64,000 bases of DNA from Octopus bimaculoides (taxonomy: Eukaryota), in assembly GCF_001194135.2 (NCBI RefSeq), contig NC_068991.1, forward strand, positions 64,178,103-64,242,102. Direction: 5' to 3'. The notes beneath the pieces are model-generated. The model saw only the letters and a list, made by a program, of their open reading frames with translations, had not been told where the DNA came from and ran no database searches. Shown piece by piece: positions 1 through 14,159 of this stretch. A program made the translations under genes and the position numbers. Numbering within the stretch: position 1 is the stretch's first letter; every line of letters starts with the position of its first letter.

Positions 1-290
1 TCTTAATCTCCCTTCCCTCTCTCATTCTTCTTTTCTCCGACCCTCTACCCCCATCTCTCTCATCCCCTCTCTCTTCTTATCTCTGTCTTTCTTTCTCTTG
101 CTCCTATACTTTTATATTTTTTCCTTATATTCCTTCATTTTTCTAATTCATATACATTTTGTATCTCACACCTCTTTTCAATCGTTTTCTCATTCCTTCC
201 GTATTTCCTTCCTTCCATCTTTCCCTCCATAATTTCTCCCTCTTCCCCTCCCCTCTCTAAATGTCACCAGTTTCTTTTTTTCTTTTTTTT
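1..290. repeat. CT-rich low-complexity tract
   Basis: Strongly C/T-skewed on the + strand, with no periodic unit. Confidence 0.7.
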
Positions 291-734
291 TCTGTGTGCC
301 TCAGAGATTCCATAAGAGATTCACATAGCATCGGAAAGTCCAATTTAGCACGCTAATATAACTGTATTAATATTCTGTTCTAAAGTAAACACTTTGTGTT
401 AAATCTAGTTGTTGCTTGCTCGCAAACCTCACTGCCTATAAGTTCTATCGTCAACTTCACCAACACCAGCATTATTATCCATAAACACCTCTGCGCTGCC
501 TCAGCACAAACATATATCTAGCATTATGAACGTCATTAGGACCTCAATTATTTCACCGTTTCCACCATTATTGCTACTACTAAGACTATAGATGCATATA
601 AACACGTTTATATATTTATATATTATACATATATGTATATTAAGATGTTCCTTCTATTATACATACATCTGTACATGTGCATATACGTATATATATATAT
701 ATTTGTATACATATATACACTCACACATGTCTGC

Positions 735-777
<43 letters not shown>

Positions 778-1774
778 CATAAATATAGGGATTGACAGTA
801 ACCTGCTTCTCCAACATACTGAGAATTCAGAAATAGCAGTCAAAGAACTACTGATTTCAAAACTACAAATTATTACTCTAGATTGATAGCGATATTTCTG
901 ATACACACAGAACAAAAAACAGTAGAGAAGAGCAAAAAACAAGAGTAAAAATTTTATTACTAATTGACGATTCCCTGCCCTGCATATCTATATTTTAATA
1001 ATAACTCTAAGGTGGATAGTTTAACCACAGAAATTCGTACGAGTCTCTTTTCCTGTGCNNNNNNNNNNNNNNNNNNNNNNNNNNNNNNNNNNNNNNNNNN
1101 NNNNNNNNNNNNNNNNNNNNNNNNNNNNNNNNNNNNNNNNNNNNNNNNNNNNNNNNNNNNNNNNNNNNNNNNNNNNNNNNNNNNNNNNNNNNNNNNNNNN
1201 NNNNNNNNNNNNNNNNNNNNNNNNNNNNNNNNNNNNNNNNNNNNNNNNNNNNNNNNNNNNNNNNNNNNNNNNNNNNNNNNNNNNNNNNNNNNNNNNNNNN
1301 NNNNNNNNNNNNNNNNNNNNNNNNNNNNNNNNNNNNNNNNNNNNNNNNNNNNNNNNNNNNNNNNNNNNNNNNNNNNNNNNNNNNNNNNNNNNNNNNNNNN
1401 NNNNNNNNNNNNNNNNNNNNNNNNNNNNNNNNNNNNNNNNNNNNNNNNNNNNNNNNNNNNNNNNNNNNNNNNNNNNNNNNNNNNNNNNNNNNNNNNNNNN
1501 NNNNNNNNNNNNNNNNNNNNNNNNNNNNNNNNNNNNNNNNNNNNNNNNNNNNNNNNNNNNNNNNNNNNNNNNNNNNNNNNNNNNNNNNNNNNNNNNNNNN
1601 NNNNNNNNNNNNNNNNNNNNNNNNNNNNNNNNNNNNNNNNNNNNNNNNNNNNNNNNNNNNNNNNNNNNNNNNNNNNNNNNNNNNNNNNNNNNNNNNNNNN
1701 NNNNNNNNNNNNNNNNNNNNNNNNNNNNNNNNNNNNNNNNNNNNNTATATATATATATATATATATATATATTA

Positions 1775-2345
1775 CTACGAAACACCAGTACTACAAACTA
1801 CCACAATCAGTATTCTCACTACCATAACCACTATTACACCACCACAACCACTATTACACCACCCACCGTCAACACTTCTACTGCTATTGCCACAATTCCC
1901 CCCACTCCTTCTGCTACCATATCTACCTCTCCTGCCCCTCCTCCTCCTGCTCTTCCTCCTGCTCTTCCTCCTCCTCCTCCTACTACTACTAACTGCAATT
2001 CCTCCTCTGTCATCACTGTCACCGCTACCACCACTACATGTAATACCAGCACAACCTCCACTAACATATACACCACTTCTCCACCACCTTCACCACCTCC
2101 GCCAATAATCCATAGTAACGATTAACATCGTTATCACCACCAACACCACTGCGCTACTACAGCTTCTACCAATCAACTGCAACCGTTCAAAACGGCCCTA
2201 CCTCTCCCTACCACCACCACCATCACCACCTCTCCACGCTATCGCTTCTATTATTGTCCCTATACCTTTCCTTTCAAACATATTTACCATCAACAACAAT
2301 CCCCACCTTCACCGCATTGTAATAAACACCACCAACACTATCACT
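1775..2345. repeat. Degenerate (ACC/ACT/CCT)n trinucleotide low-complexity region
   Basis: Runs of accacc, actact and cctcct produce the spurious Thr/Pro-rich ORF 1055..2125. Confidence 0.75.
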
Positions 2346-2904
2346 GAACGAGCCTCGTCCATATAACAGTTATAAATTCCATTTATAGCCAATGCATTTC
2401 ACTTCTATTCTTAATATTCACAAAATTGGTAGGAATGTAATTTCAGCTCCTTCCTATCTTCTCTAAAAGCCCGTTGTCTCCGAAGAAATCGATATATTTA
2501 AAGAATTTAAGACGTTATTTAAGGTGTTATTTTCTTTAGCTGAATCTCTTTATATAATTATGCAAATTGTACCGGTTGTAAATCTTCGAAAAAGTTTTCC
2601 TTTCTTTTTACATGCAAAATTCTATGTCGACTAAAACAGTATCTCTGAGATTATTGAGGACGGCTGATGAGAACACATGTCCACAGTATCTCAATTATAA
2701 AGAATATAAAAATTCGGTTTCGGTGAAAATGTCTTTGATATTTTGAAATTATTTTCTCTTTTCTCGGAGTTACTCGGAACTTACTCGGAGTTACTCGGAA
2801 GGGTTTCATTTTCTTTATCTGTGATACAAAAGTTCATTCATTATGAAGCTTGTCTACTTGCTCCTAACTAACTGTAATATATATATATATATATATACAT
2901 ACGG

Positions 2905-2932
2905 TGTTGCTGTTACTGCAGCTGATCCTGCA

Positions 2933-2976
<44 letters not shown>

Positions 2977-3063
2977 AACTACTACTGCTGCTGTTGTTGC
3001 TACTACAACAACAACAACTACTACTACTACTACACCACTGCTGCTGCTGCTGCTACTACCACA

Positions 3064-3122
<59 letters not shown>

Positions 3123-3125
3123 AGC
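2905..3125. repeat. Compound microsatellite (ACT)n/(GCT)n/(ACA)n
   Basis: Directly visible trinucleotide runs. Confidence 0.95.
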
Positions 3126-5280
3126 TTCTATTATCCTAGAGAGCTAATTGCTTATTTTCCTATCTACTTCTCTTGTCAACTTCTGTCTGTCTTACCCACT
3201 ACACAAATCCCTCTCTGAACACATGTCGCAGCCCGGTTTCCCCAGAATAGAAACCATCAATTCACGTTATCTCATCCTGTACATCACAACTTGCACATCT
3301 TTAATATTGATATTAACCTCATTAAATGTTTGCCAGCCTGCAAAGAATAGCAAACCCGCATGCACACCGACTCTGCACCACTGATTGATAAAGAAAATGC
3401 TTTCTCCGAATAATTTTGCTGGGTTGATGGTCTTCTACGAAGTTTATCTGCCAGCTTGCATCCTTAATGTAGTCCTAGATAATGTTAAGAAGACAGCAAG
3501 ATTGGTCGCAATAAATGAATATATGTCAGTTCAATCAATGTGGACATGAGCCCTACCCAACAACAACAACGTCAACACCATCACCACTATAAGTAACAAC
3601 AGAAATTACAGCTCCGTGACTTTACCATATCCGAGATTTTACTACTATTAAACCAGAAAACTCTGCGAACCGCATCCAATAAAGCCATGTGACTTATTGG
3701 CCAATATTTGCTCACCAGCACCCCAGCACCTAACACTCAATATCCTAGATACATCACGTTTTATGTACTACAGCAATTCTGACTTGTCCAAACTAGTCGG
3801 TTGTGTACAAATACAGTAGCCTCCTACTTTTCCCTCCCTATTTTATTGCTATGGATCGCTACTCTCTGACATCTACCTGACCCAGCTAAATTTTATTTCC
3901 TGAGACTTACAACCCAACATTACAATCATATTCCTTGTCTCTCCGCATCTCTCTCCTCTATTTTCTTAGCTGTTTATCTCCCTCCTTTCTCTCTCCCTCT
4001 CTCTATATATATCTCGCACTCTCTTTGATCCCGATAGTTATACAAGTATTGACAAAAATCAATATTCATCTATCATATACAGATGTTAATTCCATTGGCT
4101 TTACCACACCTCTACAAATTGAACCTTATTCCTATGTAACAGATCAAGATTACATTCACTTAATTTAGTGCAATAATGCACGCCTTACTGTCGATTAATG
4201 TACAATCAATCGAATTTTATGCTCTATCATATGCACCGCTTTAAGGCATTTAGCTCTAAATATTCTAATCCAAATATTATAAGTTGAAATCACAAAGTGG
4301 AATGGCTTACTGTGGTAGACAAAAAACTTTTTCATCGATACTCAACATTTGTTTTATAGAAATGAATGAAATTATATCCTCGAAGAACCCTCATTTGGTC
4401 AGCAAAGCATTTGGAATAACGCTCCAACGGAATTTGAACTCAGAGTGCCGGCTGAACGAATCCTGCAAGTCATTCTAACCGATATTCTAACGACACTGCT
4501 AATTCGGGCATTCATAAAATGTAGAGATTTGAAAAGTGGATGATGTTTAATGTGTCTTCAAGAGCGTCTTTCACAAAAAATTGTGACTGTATGATAAAAT
4601 TTAGAAATCATTATCTTATATAATGTATAAGAAAGAAATAGATATACTAATTCTTATTCTGCTTTCTGTAGATAACAAGACTGCATTCTAAGACGTCAAG
4701 AATCAGCTCAAAATCTCTATTTATCAAGCTTTACCAGATTACGAATATTGGCAGGTCTCTTTAAGCTTTCGAAATGCGATTATTCTTATCAATCTATCTT
4801 GTTATTTGAATCTTATTTTGCTACTCAGATTAACTTATGGCCATTTCTATGGAGTCATAGTAACGTAGAAAACATTCAACGAAAAAGTATCATTTTCGTT
4901 GAAGATATTTTTCTAAAATATGCTACATAGCTGTTGGAAACAGCGAGATATAACAATTTGTTCACTGGTAATAAACAGAAAATGGCCATGTTTATTTCTT
5001 TACGTTCTGACATGTGGGGAGAAGACATCTGCACGCCAGAATAAAAAGAACCGACAAATGAGCAATTTACGATAGAACCAGTGAGAAAGAGAGACGATAA
5101 AGATGCGATTGGCAATAAATTCTCACCAGTAACATATTGCTTCATATTTTTCTTTAATAATTGTTTCTATTTATTTCACTAGCTACAGTTTTGTGCCGAG
5201 GTAACCTTAGTTGTTCCTCGTGATTATTAACAATAAATTTCCTTTTAAAATTTATTTTCAAACGACTTTTTATCGAAGTG

Positions 5281-5420
5281 GAAAGCTGACGGAATCTTTA
5301 CGACATCTGATAAAATATTTAGTTGCATTTCGTCCAGCTCAATCACTTCGTTCTAAGCTCGAATGCTTTTTATCCTTTTGGGGTCGATAAAATCAGCACC
5401 AGGATCGATGTAATGGATTC
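5281..5420 (+). mobile_element. SINE family C, degenerate partial copy
   Basis: Contains 'ttttggggtcgataaaat' and 'gatcgatgtaat', shared with the better copies at 31343 and 48177. Confidence 0.55.
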
Positions 5421-8154
5421 TCCGTAGAATTGCTCTCCTTGAGCCAAAATTCAATTCTTACTGCGATGAGTGATGAATCTATTTACTTATTAAAGACAAT
5501 CTGAATTTACATTTTGAATCTGAATTTATATAGTGTGTGCCTCTAGAGGCTTTTATAATGCCTAATACTTTCAGTTAGCAATTTGTCACTCTTGCTTACA
5601 CATTTAATTTCAATCTGTGCATTTGGAGAAATAATTCAGCACACCGACCTTGTTGAAATATATTGCAAGTCATCATATCCGAGACAGACAGTGCTGACAA
5701 AATCAATTCGCTTACACACACGATCCAGCAAGCATATGCACTCGCATATGCACTCTTCTCACTCCCAACACACATATAAACACACTCGGCGAGTGCAGTT
5801 AAACCAGCATACCAATAGAACCGCAAGCTGTGTGTCAGCCTCAATTTATTCACACCGTTGAAAGGCATGATACGGTTGTGAAAATCTGTTCATACACAAG
5901 TATTAAAAGAAGAACATATATGGAATCATTGATTAACGACAGCAACAGACGCACTTCGTTCTGATTACGTCTTGTCAATACCTTGAAATCGTTGTATCTT
6001 CTGTTCATACGAAATTCTTGCCTTCATATATAAGACAGTGCAAAATGAATTCGGTGATGTTGTTGAAAGCTTGCTGGGCTATAAAAAAATTCGGTGAACA
6101 CAATTGAAACAGTATTATAGTAACTCTGTGAGTCCGACAAAATTTATGAATTCTTGATTCTCAGACGTTTGGCATGACACCTTAATTTAAGGGGCTTAAT
6201 CAATGTTCTTTGAACTCTTCATCTTCTAGAAAAGTGTATATATATATATATATATATATATNNNNNNNNNNNNNNNNNNNNNNNNNNNNNNNNNNNNNNN
6301 NNNNNNNNNNNNNNNNNNNNNNNNNNNNNNNNNNNNNNNNNNNNNNNNNNNNNNNNNNNNNNNNNNNNNNNNNNNNNNNNNNNNNNNNNNNNNNNNNNNN
6401 NNNNNNNNNNNNNNNNNNNNNNNNNNNNNNNNNNNNNNNNNNNNNNNNNNNNNNNNNNNNNNNNNNNNNNNNNNNNNNNNNNNNNNNNNNNNNNNNNNNN
6501 NNNNNNNNNNNNNNNNNNNNNNNNNNNNNNNNNNNNNNNNNNNNNNNNNNNNNNNNNNNNNNNNNNNNNNNNNNNNNNNNNNNNNNNNNNNNNNNNNNNN
6601 NNNNNNNNNNNNNNNNNNNNNNNNNNNNNNNNNNNNNNNNNNNNNNNNNNNNNNNNNNNNNNNNNNNNNNNNNNNNNNNNNNNNNNNNNNNNNNNNNNNN
6701 NNNNNNNNNNNNNNNNNNNNNNNNNNNNNNNNNNNNNNNNNNNNNNNNNNNNNNNNNNNNNNNNNNNNNNNNNNNNNNNNNNNNNNNNNNNNNNNNNNNN
6801 NNNNNNNNNNNNNNNNNNNNNNNNNNNNNNNNNNNNNNNNNNNNNNNNNNNNNNNNNNNNNNNNNNNNNNNNNNNNNNNNNNNNNNNNNNNNNNNNNNNN
6901 NNNNNNNNNNNNNNNNNNNNNNNNNNNNNNNNNNNNNNNNNNNNNNNNNNNNNNNNNNNNNNNNNNNNNNNNNNNNNNNNNNNNNNNNNNNNNNNNNNNN
7001 NNNNNNNNNNNNNNNNNNNNNNNNNNNNNNNNNNNNNNNNNNNNNNNNNNNNNNNNNNNNNNNNNNNNNNNNNNNNNNNNNNNNNNNNNNNNNNNNNNNN
7101 NNNNNNNNNNNNNNNNNNNNNNNNNNNNNNNNNNNNNNNNNNNNNNNNNNNNCACACACACACACACACACACGCACAAATACACACACACACACGCATG
7201 TCTATCGATATAAACACATACATTTCTGTGCATGTGTGTATATAAATATTTCCTATATATTTCATATTTTTATATCGCAATTAATGGCTATAAAAATATC
7301 CCACATGAATACACAACGAAATTATAATAGCAGGCGTATACCTGTGCCAATACTGTAAATGTCTTATAGATATAGATTATCTCATATATTAAAATCTTTG
7401 CTGCCAAGAACACTTTTAATATTCTCCAATATTGCAGTATATGACAAAACCGCTGTACTTTTTACCTAAAAAAGAAAAGAAAAACAAGGCAAACACATCA
7501 ATAACTGAGACATAGATCGTACACGAAAAGTTGCAATAAATTACACGCACATATACACAGACAGAAAAAAAATAAATGTCAGTTCCATTCCTAATACGTG
7601 ACAAACATATAGTCTCCTACAAAAATCAAACGAAAGCCTATTAAAAAATGATGATGAAAGACTTTTAAGGAAACTAATTTAACAATATTTACATTTTGTC
7701 GACCTCAGAAACAAATTAGTTATTTAGTAATTTTCTAAAAAAAAAAAGTAATTCGTCGAAATTAACCTATATTCTTTCATGTGATTTTTAATATTGTGAC
7801 ATCAAAAGTAACAGCTATGTAATTAGAACACTAATGCCACATCACCACAGTTTGTCCTGTTCTAGTTAATTTATTAGAATGGGCTTTTATTTGTGGAAAC
7901 TTTATTTGAGTACAGCGTCGAGTTTTGTTGAAATCGTTATTGTCAAGTGACGGGTTAGGTGTTCTTTATAAATCAGCTCTGTTGTGAGAAATTTTCGCAT
8001 AATACGCTGAGAAGTGTTCCAATTTTACCTTCGAATTTGATGCTACATATGTGAGAACGCCACAATATATATTCATACATTCATGCCTGCATACACACAC
8101 AAACAAACATATTTGTATATAAATGTATGAATGTATGTATGTACATATGTATTT

Positions 8155-8285
8155 TAACGATCCTGAAAAGATGAAAAGACAAGTCGAACCCGGTGGCATT
8201 TGAACTAAGAAGGACGCAAACTTGGAAGAAATGCTGCTAAGCATTGCGTTCAGTATGCTAGCTATTCTGCTGCCTACCCCCTGCC
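8155..8285 (-). mobile_element. SINE family C, 5' part
   Basis: Reverse complement matches the family head (B-box-like gttcaaat; 'gaaatgctgctaagcatt'). Confidence 0.65.
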
Positions 8286-8302
8286 TTTATACTTACGTAT
8301 AT

Positions 8303-8521
8303 ATTGGTTTCAAATTCTGACACAAGGCCAGCAAATTCGGGGAAGTGGGCAATTCGATTATATCGACCCTAATGCTCAACTGGTATTTATTTTATCGTTC
8401 CAGAAAGGAAGAAATAGAAAGTCGACATCGGTGGGATTTGAACTCAGAACACAAAGTCAGTAGAAATGCTGCTAAACATTTTGTCCAGCGCGATAATGAT
8501 TCTGCACGCTCGTTGCCTTAT
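8303..8521 (-). mobile_element. SINE family C (tRNA-derived), near full length
   Basis: Matches copies at 9487, 31343 and 48177 along its length, including the tail 'ttgtgtcagaatttgaaaccaata'. Confidence 0.85.
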
Positions 8522-9486
8522 GCTTACTAATATATTAAAACCTAAATCCAAACTAGATTCGGAATCAAATTGTATTTTCTTGTTTGTGTATTTCTGCTGA
8601 ATAGTCATCAGCATATCACTGCTGTTCGCAATAGTCATTTCTTCTTGGATTGTTGATAAAGTAGAAAATAGGATTCACTTCTCATGCCATTTTTATCTCT
8701 TAAGATAATTAAGTCTAGCGTTTGCCACTAAAACATGGTGTATTTATTCAAAGTAGAAAATCCTTTTGAATATTCCGCTTAACGAACATTACATGGACAT
8801 GCATGCGGAAACATGCCTTCTAATATCTACCCATTAGCATATAGATCCATTTAATGGCGAAATCTCTAGAGTAACCAGTGAAGCTAGTGTAATGGCAATG
8901 TAAAGCCTCACTGACAGGCAAATAGTTTAAATGTTTGACCTGATTGGTAAAACAGTCTTTTTTTCTGTCAGTTTTTGTTGATTGTGGCGACCAAATGTAA
9001 ATTAGAGATTAAAGATATACGAGTGCGTATATTTTTTTATATATCTGCTTTTATAGTGCATGCATTTATTCTGCTACTGGCAATATGCATGCTTACGCAT
9101 ACATTTAGTGGTAAAAAGAACGACATTTTCAGATAAACGGGTGCGTTCTTTTGTAATTTAGTGCATTTGTATGTTCTTATCATCAAATACCTAAATTATA
9201 ATTTAGATATTTCAATAGTAGACTTCTATGTAACAACAGTAAAATAGAAATCAATCATATTCCTTTGTATAGTCTTAATAGCTTTAACAGACTCCTCATG
9301 CCAAGTCAGTCTCACAATAATCTTTTACCAATGAATATTTTCCATATTTTACTTGCTGCACCAGAGGATATTTACATATACAGAATGATGGCAGTAGTAG
9401 ATGTTAGACGACTGGCATAGTGTGTATAGTAAATGAGTTGTGTCAATGTCGTCAAATAATTTTCTCACGATACCAACCCCGAACAC

Positions 9487-9701
9487 TGATTTCAAATTTT
9501 GGCACAAAGCCAACAATATCATGGGACGGGATAAGACGATTACATCGATTCCAATACTGAACTGGTATTTATTTTATTGATCTCGAAAGGACGAAAGGCA
9601 AATTCGACCTCGGCGGAAGTTGAACGCAGAATATACAGACGGATGAAATACCACCGAGTATTTTGTCCGCTGTGCTAACGGTTCTGCCAGCTCACCGCCT
9701 T
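9487..9701 (-). mobile_element. SINE family C (tRNA-derived), near full length
   Basis: Minus strand reads 'ggcggtgagctggcagaaccgttagcac' (A-box-like), 'gttcaacttccgccgaggtcg' (B-box-like) and tail 'ttgtgccaaaatttgaaatc'. Confidence 0.9.
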
Positions 9702-9912
9702 AACGAACTCAAAATATTACTGAGAGAAATGGAACGGACTCTTAAACTTGGTAATAGAAAGAATGTATACGAACACTACTTACATATTCTTCTTTAAAGT
9801 AAACCATGCTATATTATAAAAAATGCCTTCTTTCATAAATGAATAACAGATTAAAGAAGAATATTTTAGAACTTCTTGATATAAATCAGTCAAATAATAA
9901 AACCCTGAAGAC

Positions 9913-11345
9913 TTAATGAGTAGATATACATTGAAGTTGTTACATCAAATTGCTGAACTGTGGTGACAGTGACAATTAATTAATTGTGTTGAGAGTAACA
10001 ATTAGACAATTTTAAAAGCATTTCTTGTTCTGCATTTTTATTTGAGTTATTGCTGAGAACACCTCCCTTAGGTATGTTTTAAGAAATCGAACCGGAAATT
10101 TTAGATCTTCATCGATTAACTTTTACATTTCAGTCACTTCACTGAATACCATAACTGTAAATTCATTATCATTCAGTACATAGATTTTTGAATTCGAGGC
10201 CAGGTCACCGTTTAACTATAATAAAGTTTAGTTTTTGCTCCATTAGGAAAATTGCATGCATCAGTAGCTACTTGAAATGAATTTAATACCGAGGTCGATA
10301 AGTGTCTTATAATCCGCTTTAGGAAAGTTCATTTCCGTATTAAATTTTAAGACAAATTTTATCCATGATATTATCTATGTTGCTGAGATAATCTTCAACA
10401 TCTGTATGTATAAAATCTGTCTGTACGTGAGGAAAATTGAGAAACATTGATTTCTCGACATTTTCAATGCTTTAACAGATCCTGACATTTTAGGATTTGA
10501 TTTTTTCTTTTAGTCATTTTCTTGCAGAGATAAATTCAAATTTCTTAAATATTCACATATAGCGACCATTTAACCCAATGGAATGATGCCTTCTGTGATA
10601 TCAAAGAATGTCACAAAGCTGGATTTCGTACTAGTGAGAAACGCAATGTTTTTTGTGCAAAACGTGAAAACACAATCCAGAACTTTCCTCTAGAGAACTC
10701 CGAACTAGAGATTGTGGCAACAAAATAGTGTATTCGACATCCGTATCTTCTTCACAAAGCCGCTGATTCTCTTAAGTTTTACTTTTGATCATCATAAAAT
10801 TATTCCGCAAGCTGTATCTTTTCCTTTTGTATTCGTGTTCGTTTCGCAATCAACGATTCTTTGTAATAGTGCAGGGAGTGTTAATACAAAGAGAATTTGT
10901 CTCATGTATGCAACTACACATGCTACCGGTTATTGCATAGCCCCCACCAATAGATAGATTAATATACTTATCCTTGGGAATTCCGGCTTTAACAAGGAAA
11001 TCGTCGATGCTATTGAAAGTATTCTTTTCTGTGTTTTTCTGTGGATTGATAATGTTTGACAACATTTTGTATGTCATCAGAAACATAGCACGCACATTAC
11101 AGAGAAATTGTGTACGATTAGTTTTGGCAGTGCTTTTATTGATTTGTAAACCATAGCACCATGCATTCCGTAACATTTACAAACTATCTTCTATTTTCTA
11201 AATCTTCGCACAAATCATCAGCATTTCATCTGTTGTCTGCAAGGGTAACATCATTTACCCCCAGTATTCCATCTTTACAAAAAGATCCCCAGCTGCAATG
11301 AGAAGGCTTAACTTGATTGTGCTTCCACTATAAAATAGCTAATAT
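9913..11345 (-). pseudogene. Decayed hAT (Charlie/Buster/SPIN-type) transposase
   Basis: Collinear motifs across frameshifts: YGLQINKST..TQFLCNVR (cf. FALQLDEST..AQLL.VR), NTFNSIDDFL..GGGYAITG (cf. DGA.AMTG), HSLHYYKESLIAK (cf. HC..HRE.L.AK), VR/SRGK, LNLSLQ, and C-terminal TYLREVFSAITQIK..STH* (cf. TYLCE.GFS..SH*). Confidence 0.85.
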
Positions 11346-11739
11346 TATTTAAGAAAGACTTTGGTAGATTTAACGAAGGTGCCAAGAATTCAAGTATAAA
11401 ATAAACATCACAAAATACGTTACTTTTGAAAAGTGATTTAGCATCTGCATTAAATATGTTAGAGATTTAATTACAAATTGAAAATATTCGGAAATGGATT
11501 TCAACATTAGAGGAGACACATTCAATATCGCAAGACGGTGACAGAAAAGAAAAAAAAAGTAGAGACGTTCATATTTTTCTTGATCTTAGAGCAAATACGT
11601 ACGAAAAGCTAGGGAAGTAAACTGTCATTTCTTCTTTTCTCATCGAGGCTGGATTTATCCGTTACACGTGACTACTTTTCTAGCGATAAGTTCCCAATAT
11701 TCTCTTACTTTTTCAAGCTCTAACTTTATCTTATCTTTC

Positions 11740-12120
11740 ACTTGTTTTAGTCAATGGATTGCAGCCATGCTGGGGCGCTGCCTTGAAGGATTGAGTTGAA
11801 CATATCGACAACAGTACTTATTTTTTTTATATCTGGTACTTAACCTGTTGGTCATTTTTGGCGAACTGCTAGGTTACAGGGATGTAAACAAATCAACACC
11901 GGTTGCCAAATTGTGGCGTAAGGCAAACACAAACACATACACGTACATGAGGAGGATCTCACAGAGTTTCCGTCTATCAAAAATACTCAGAAGGCATTAG
12001 TCGGCCCGCGAATATAGTTAGAAGCCACTATCCCTAGGGTGCCGCAGAGCAGGCCTAAACCCGAAACTTCATAGTTATAAAGCAAGCTTCTTAATCACAC
12101 AGTCATGCAAGTACCTAATC
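11740..12120 (-). mobile_element. SINE family A, older diverged copy
   Basis: Starts 'ttttagtcaatggattgcagccatgctggggc' (family tail) and ends in the reverse complement of the tRNA-like head 'aagcaagcttcttaatcacacagtcatgc'. Confidence 0.75.
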
Positions 12121-13012
12121 ACACAGCCGTACCTCGACTGCTGACACGTCTCATCCCTGCTCGCGCGTCTAATCCCTGGTGGGGTGCTGATTGTTTCCAC
12201 ACTGATTAGTTTGTTGTTTCTTTATTTTAGGATTCTTTATAAAACATCATTAACGAACTTTGTCAGCCATTTTTGCCGTTACATGAACTTCGAAAAGTCT
12301 TTTGCGAACGTTTTGGCGTAGTACAACAAGGTTTTATATACTCAGTACATAACTTCATTTGTTCCCTAAAATAACGATAAGGAAGATTTTCCATCACGAA
12401 GATAGATATATAATTTACAGAAGTTTATTGCATCGAACACATACGCACACACACACTGACACACACACACTCACGCACATCCTGGGGAAATATTGTCTCC
12501 AATGCAAATACATCTACAATTCCATGAATACTCTTGTTGTATTAGCTCGGTCAGTTATAGCAGACACTTAAGATTACATACTGATATCTTATTTGAGTGA
12601 GTATGTATAGAGATTATTTCATAGAGAAGTTTATTGTAGGTTTACAGAATCATTTCTCGCACACAACAATAATTTATCTTCACACTACTCTATGACTTAT
12701 CCGCTGGGTATAAACATTATAAATGGAATGCAGTGAAATACAAAAATAAATGATAAAGTAGATGAGATGAAAGTAGATACAAATTTTTGGCAGACACGGA
12801 TTAAGAAACAAACCATGTAACGCTCATTCATTTAGTGGCTTTTTGTTGTTTTTATTTTTACTTCCGTGATATTCGTAAAATATGCCAGTATATCGTGAAA
12901 ACAGCGGAGTACTAAAAGTGCATTCTTTTCCAAGAAGTCTCAATATGATACCTTTCTACTCACTCACTTTTTATCATGGCAAATGACATTATCTTATTTT
13001 ACGACTTTATCA

Positions 13013-13063
<51 letters not shown>

Positions 13064-13140
13064 AGAGAGAGTGTATGTATTTATGTATGTATGTATGTAT
13101 ATATGTATGTATGTATGTATGTGTATGTGTGTGTGTGTAT
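13013..13140. repeat. (TG)n-(AG)n-(TATG)n compound microsatellite
   Basis: Directly visible. Confidence 0.95.
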
Positions 13141-13492
13141 TAAGGCTGCTGTTGGTTTCCTGTTACCCACCAATGATGCGGTGTTGAGCACTCATTATCA
13201 CTGGTCGATATTCACACACACATACACACAAGAGTGCGCGCACACACACATCTGTGTATATCTATTCTTTTGCTCAATCAGACTTACATTTTTTACTTCG
13301 TCGGATATTTTTCTGCTCTTACTTTAAGTTTGGCAGATTTTCAGTTTGCTTGGCACTTATAGACGGACATCCGGAATGGAAACCATCGTCCGAATTAAGT
13401 GGTAATATTTAATGCTGACGATTCGAATGTTTGGCCCAAAGCTTCAGACATATTATTTACACGAAAAAAATTCTTAAACACCCCTCTTTCTG

Positions 13493-13548
<56 letters not shown>

Positions 13549-13579
13549 CAAATATACTTGTATATACAGTTATGTATAC

Positions 13580-13610
<31 letters not shown>

Positions 13611-13763
13611 TGTATGTATGTGTGTGTATGTATGTAGATTCAGATGAATATGATACTTAAGTTGAGGCACCAGAATTTAGTACTGTATTATCCATACAAT
13701 TTCAAAGTAAGGTGATTAAAATCAAAATAAGCAACAAGGATATATATATATATATATATACAC

Positions 13764-13846
<83 letters not shown>

Positions 13847-13944
13847 NNNNNNNNNNNNNNNNNNNNNNNNNNNNNNNNNNNNNNNNNNNNNNNNNNNNNN
13901 NNNNNNNNNNNNNNNNNNATATATATATATATATATTATATACA

Positions 13945-14127
13945 CGAGTGGGTACTAAGAAGTTCCTGAATTTGGGTAAAAGATAATACTGGAGGATCAG
14001 TAAATTATGATTTTACTCAAGATGTTCTCCTCTCAAATCCACACACATATTGAACTAAGAAGGATGGGCCTCAACCAAAATCTTTCGCGATACCCTTGAA
14101 ACCATAAACTTTTCAGCATCGCCTTGT
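13945..14127. mobile_element. Short mariner-derived MITE (about 200 bp family), decayed
   Basis: Collinear with 35414-35626 ('cagt.aattatgatttta.tcaa.at.ttctcc.ctca.at.cacaca'); degenerate terminal inverted repeats 'aagaagttcctg'/'aacttttcagca'. Confidence 0.7.
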
Positions 14128-14159
14128 GCACAAACTTATATATACATACATACATACAT

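Noticed and set aside
2762-2799. 10-bp tandem (ttactcgga[g/a]) about 4 times
   Set aside because: A short local slippage repeat with no further context.
3190-3475. Possible minus-strand exon (acceptor near 3475, donor gtaaga near 3195)
   Set aside because: All three frames contain stops before the donor and the peptide is not recognisable.
964-7358. Long ORFs of 250-380 aa (964..1827, 1055..2125, 6200..7358 and others)
   Set aside because: They run through N-gaps (1059-1745, 6262-7152). The same applies to ORFs over gaps at 13847-13918, 17605-17722, 35840-35998, 37735-37968, 40536-41019, 47073-47187, 49345-49354 and 51964-51974.
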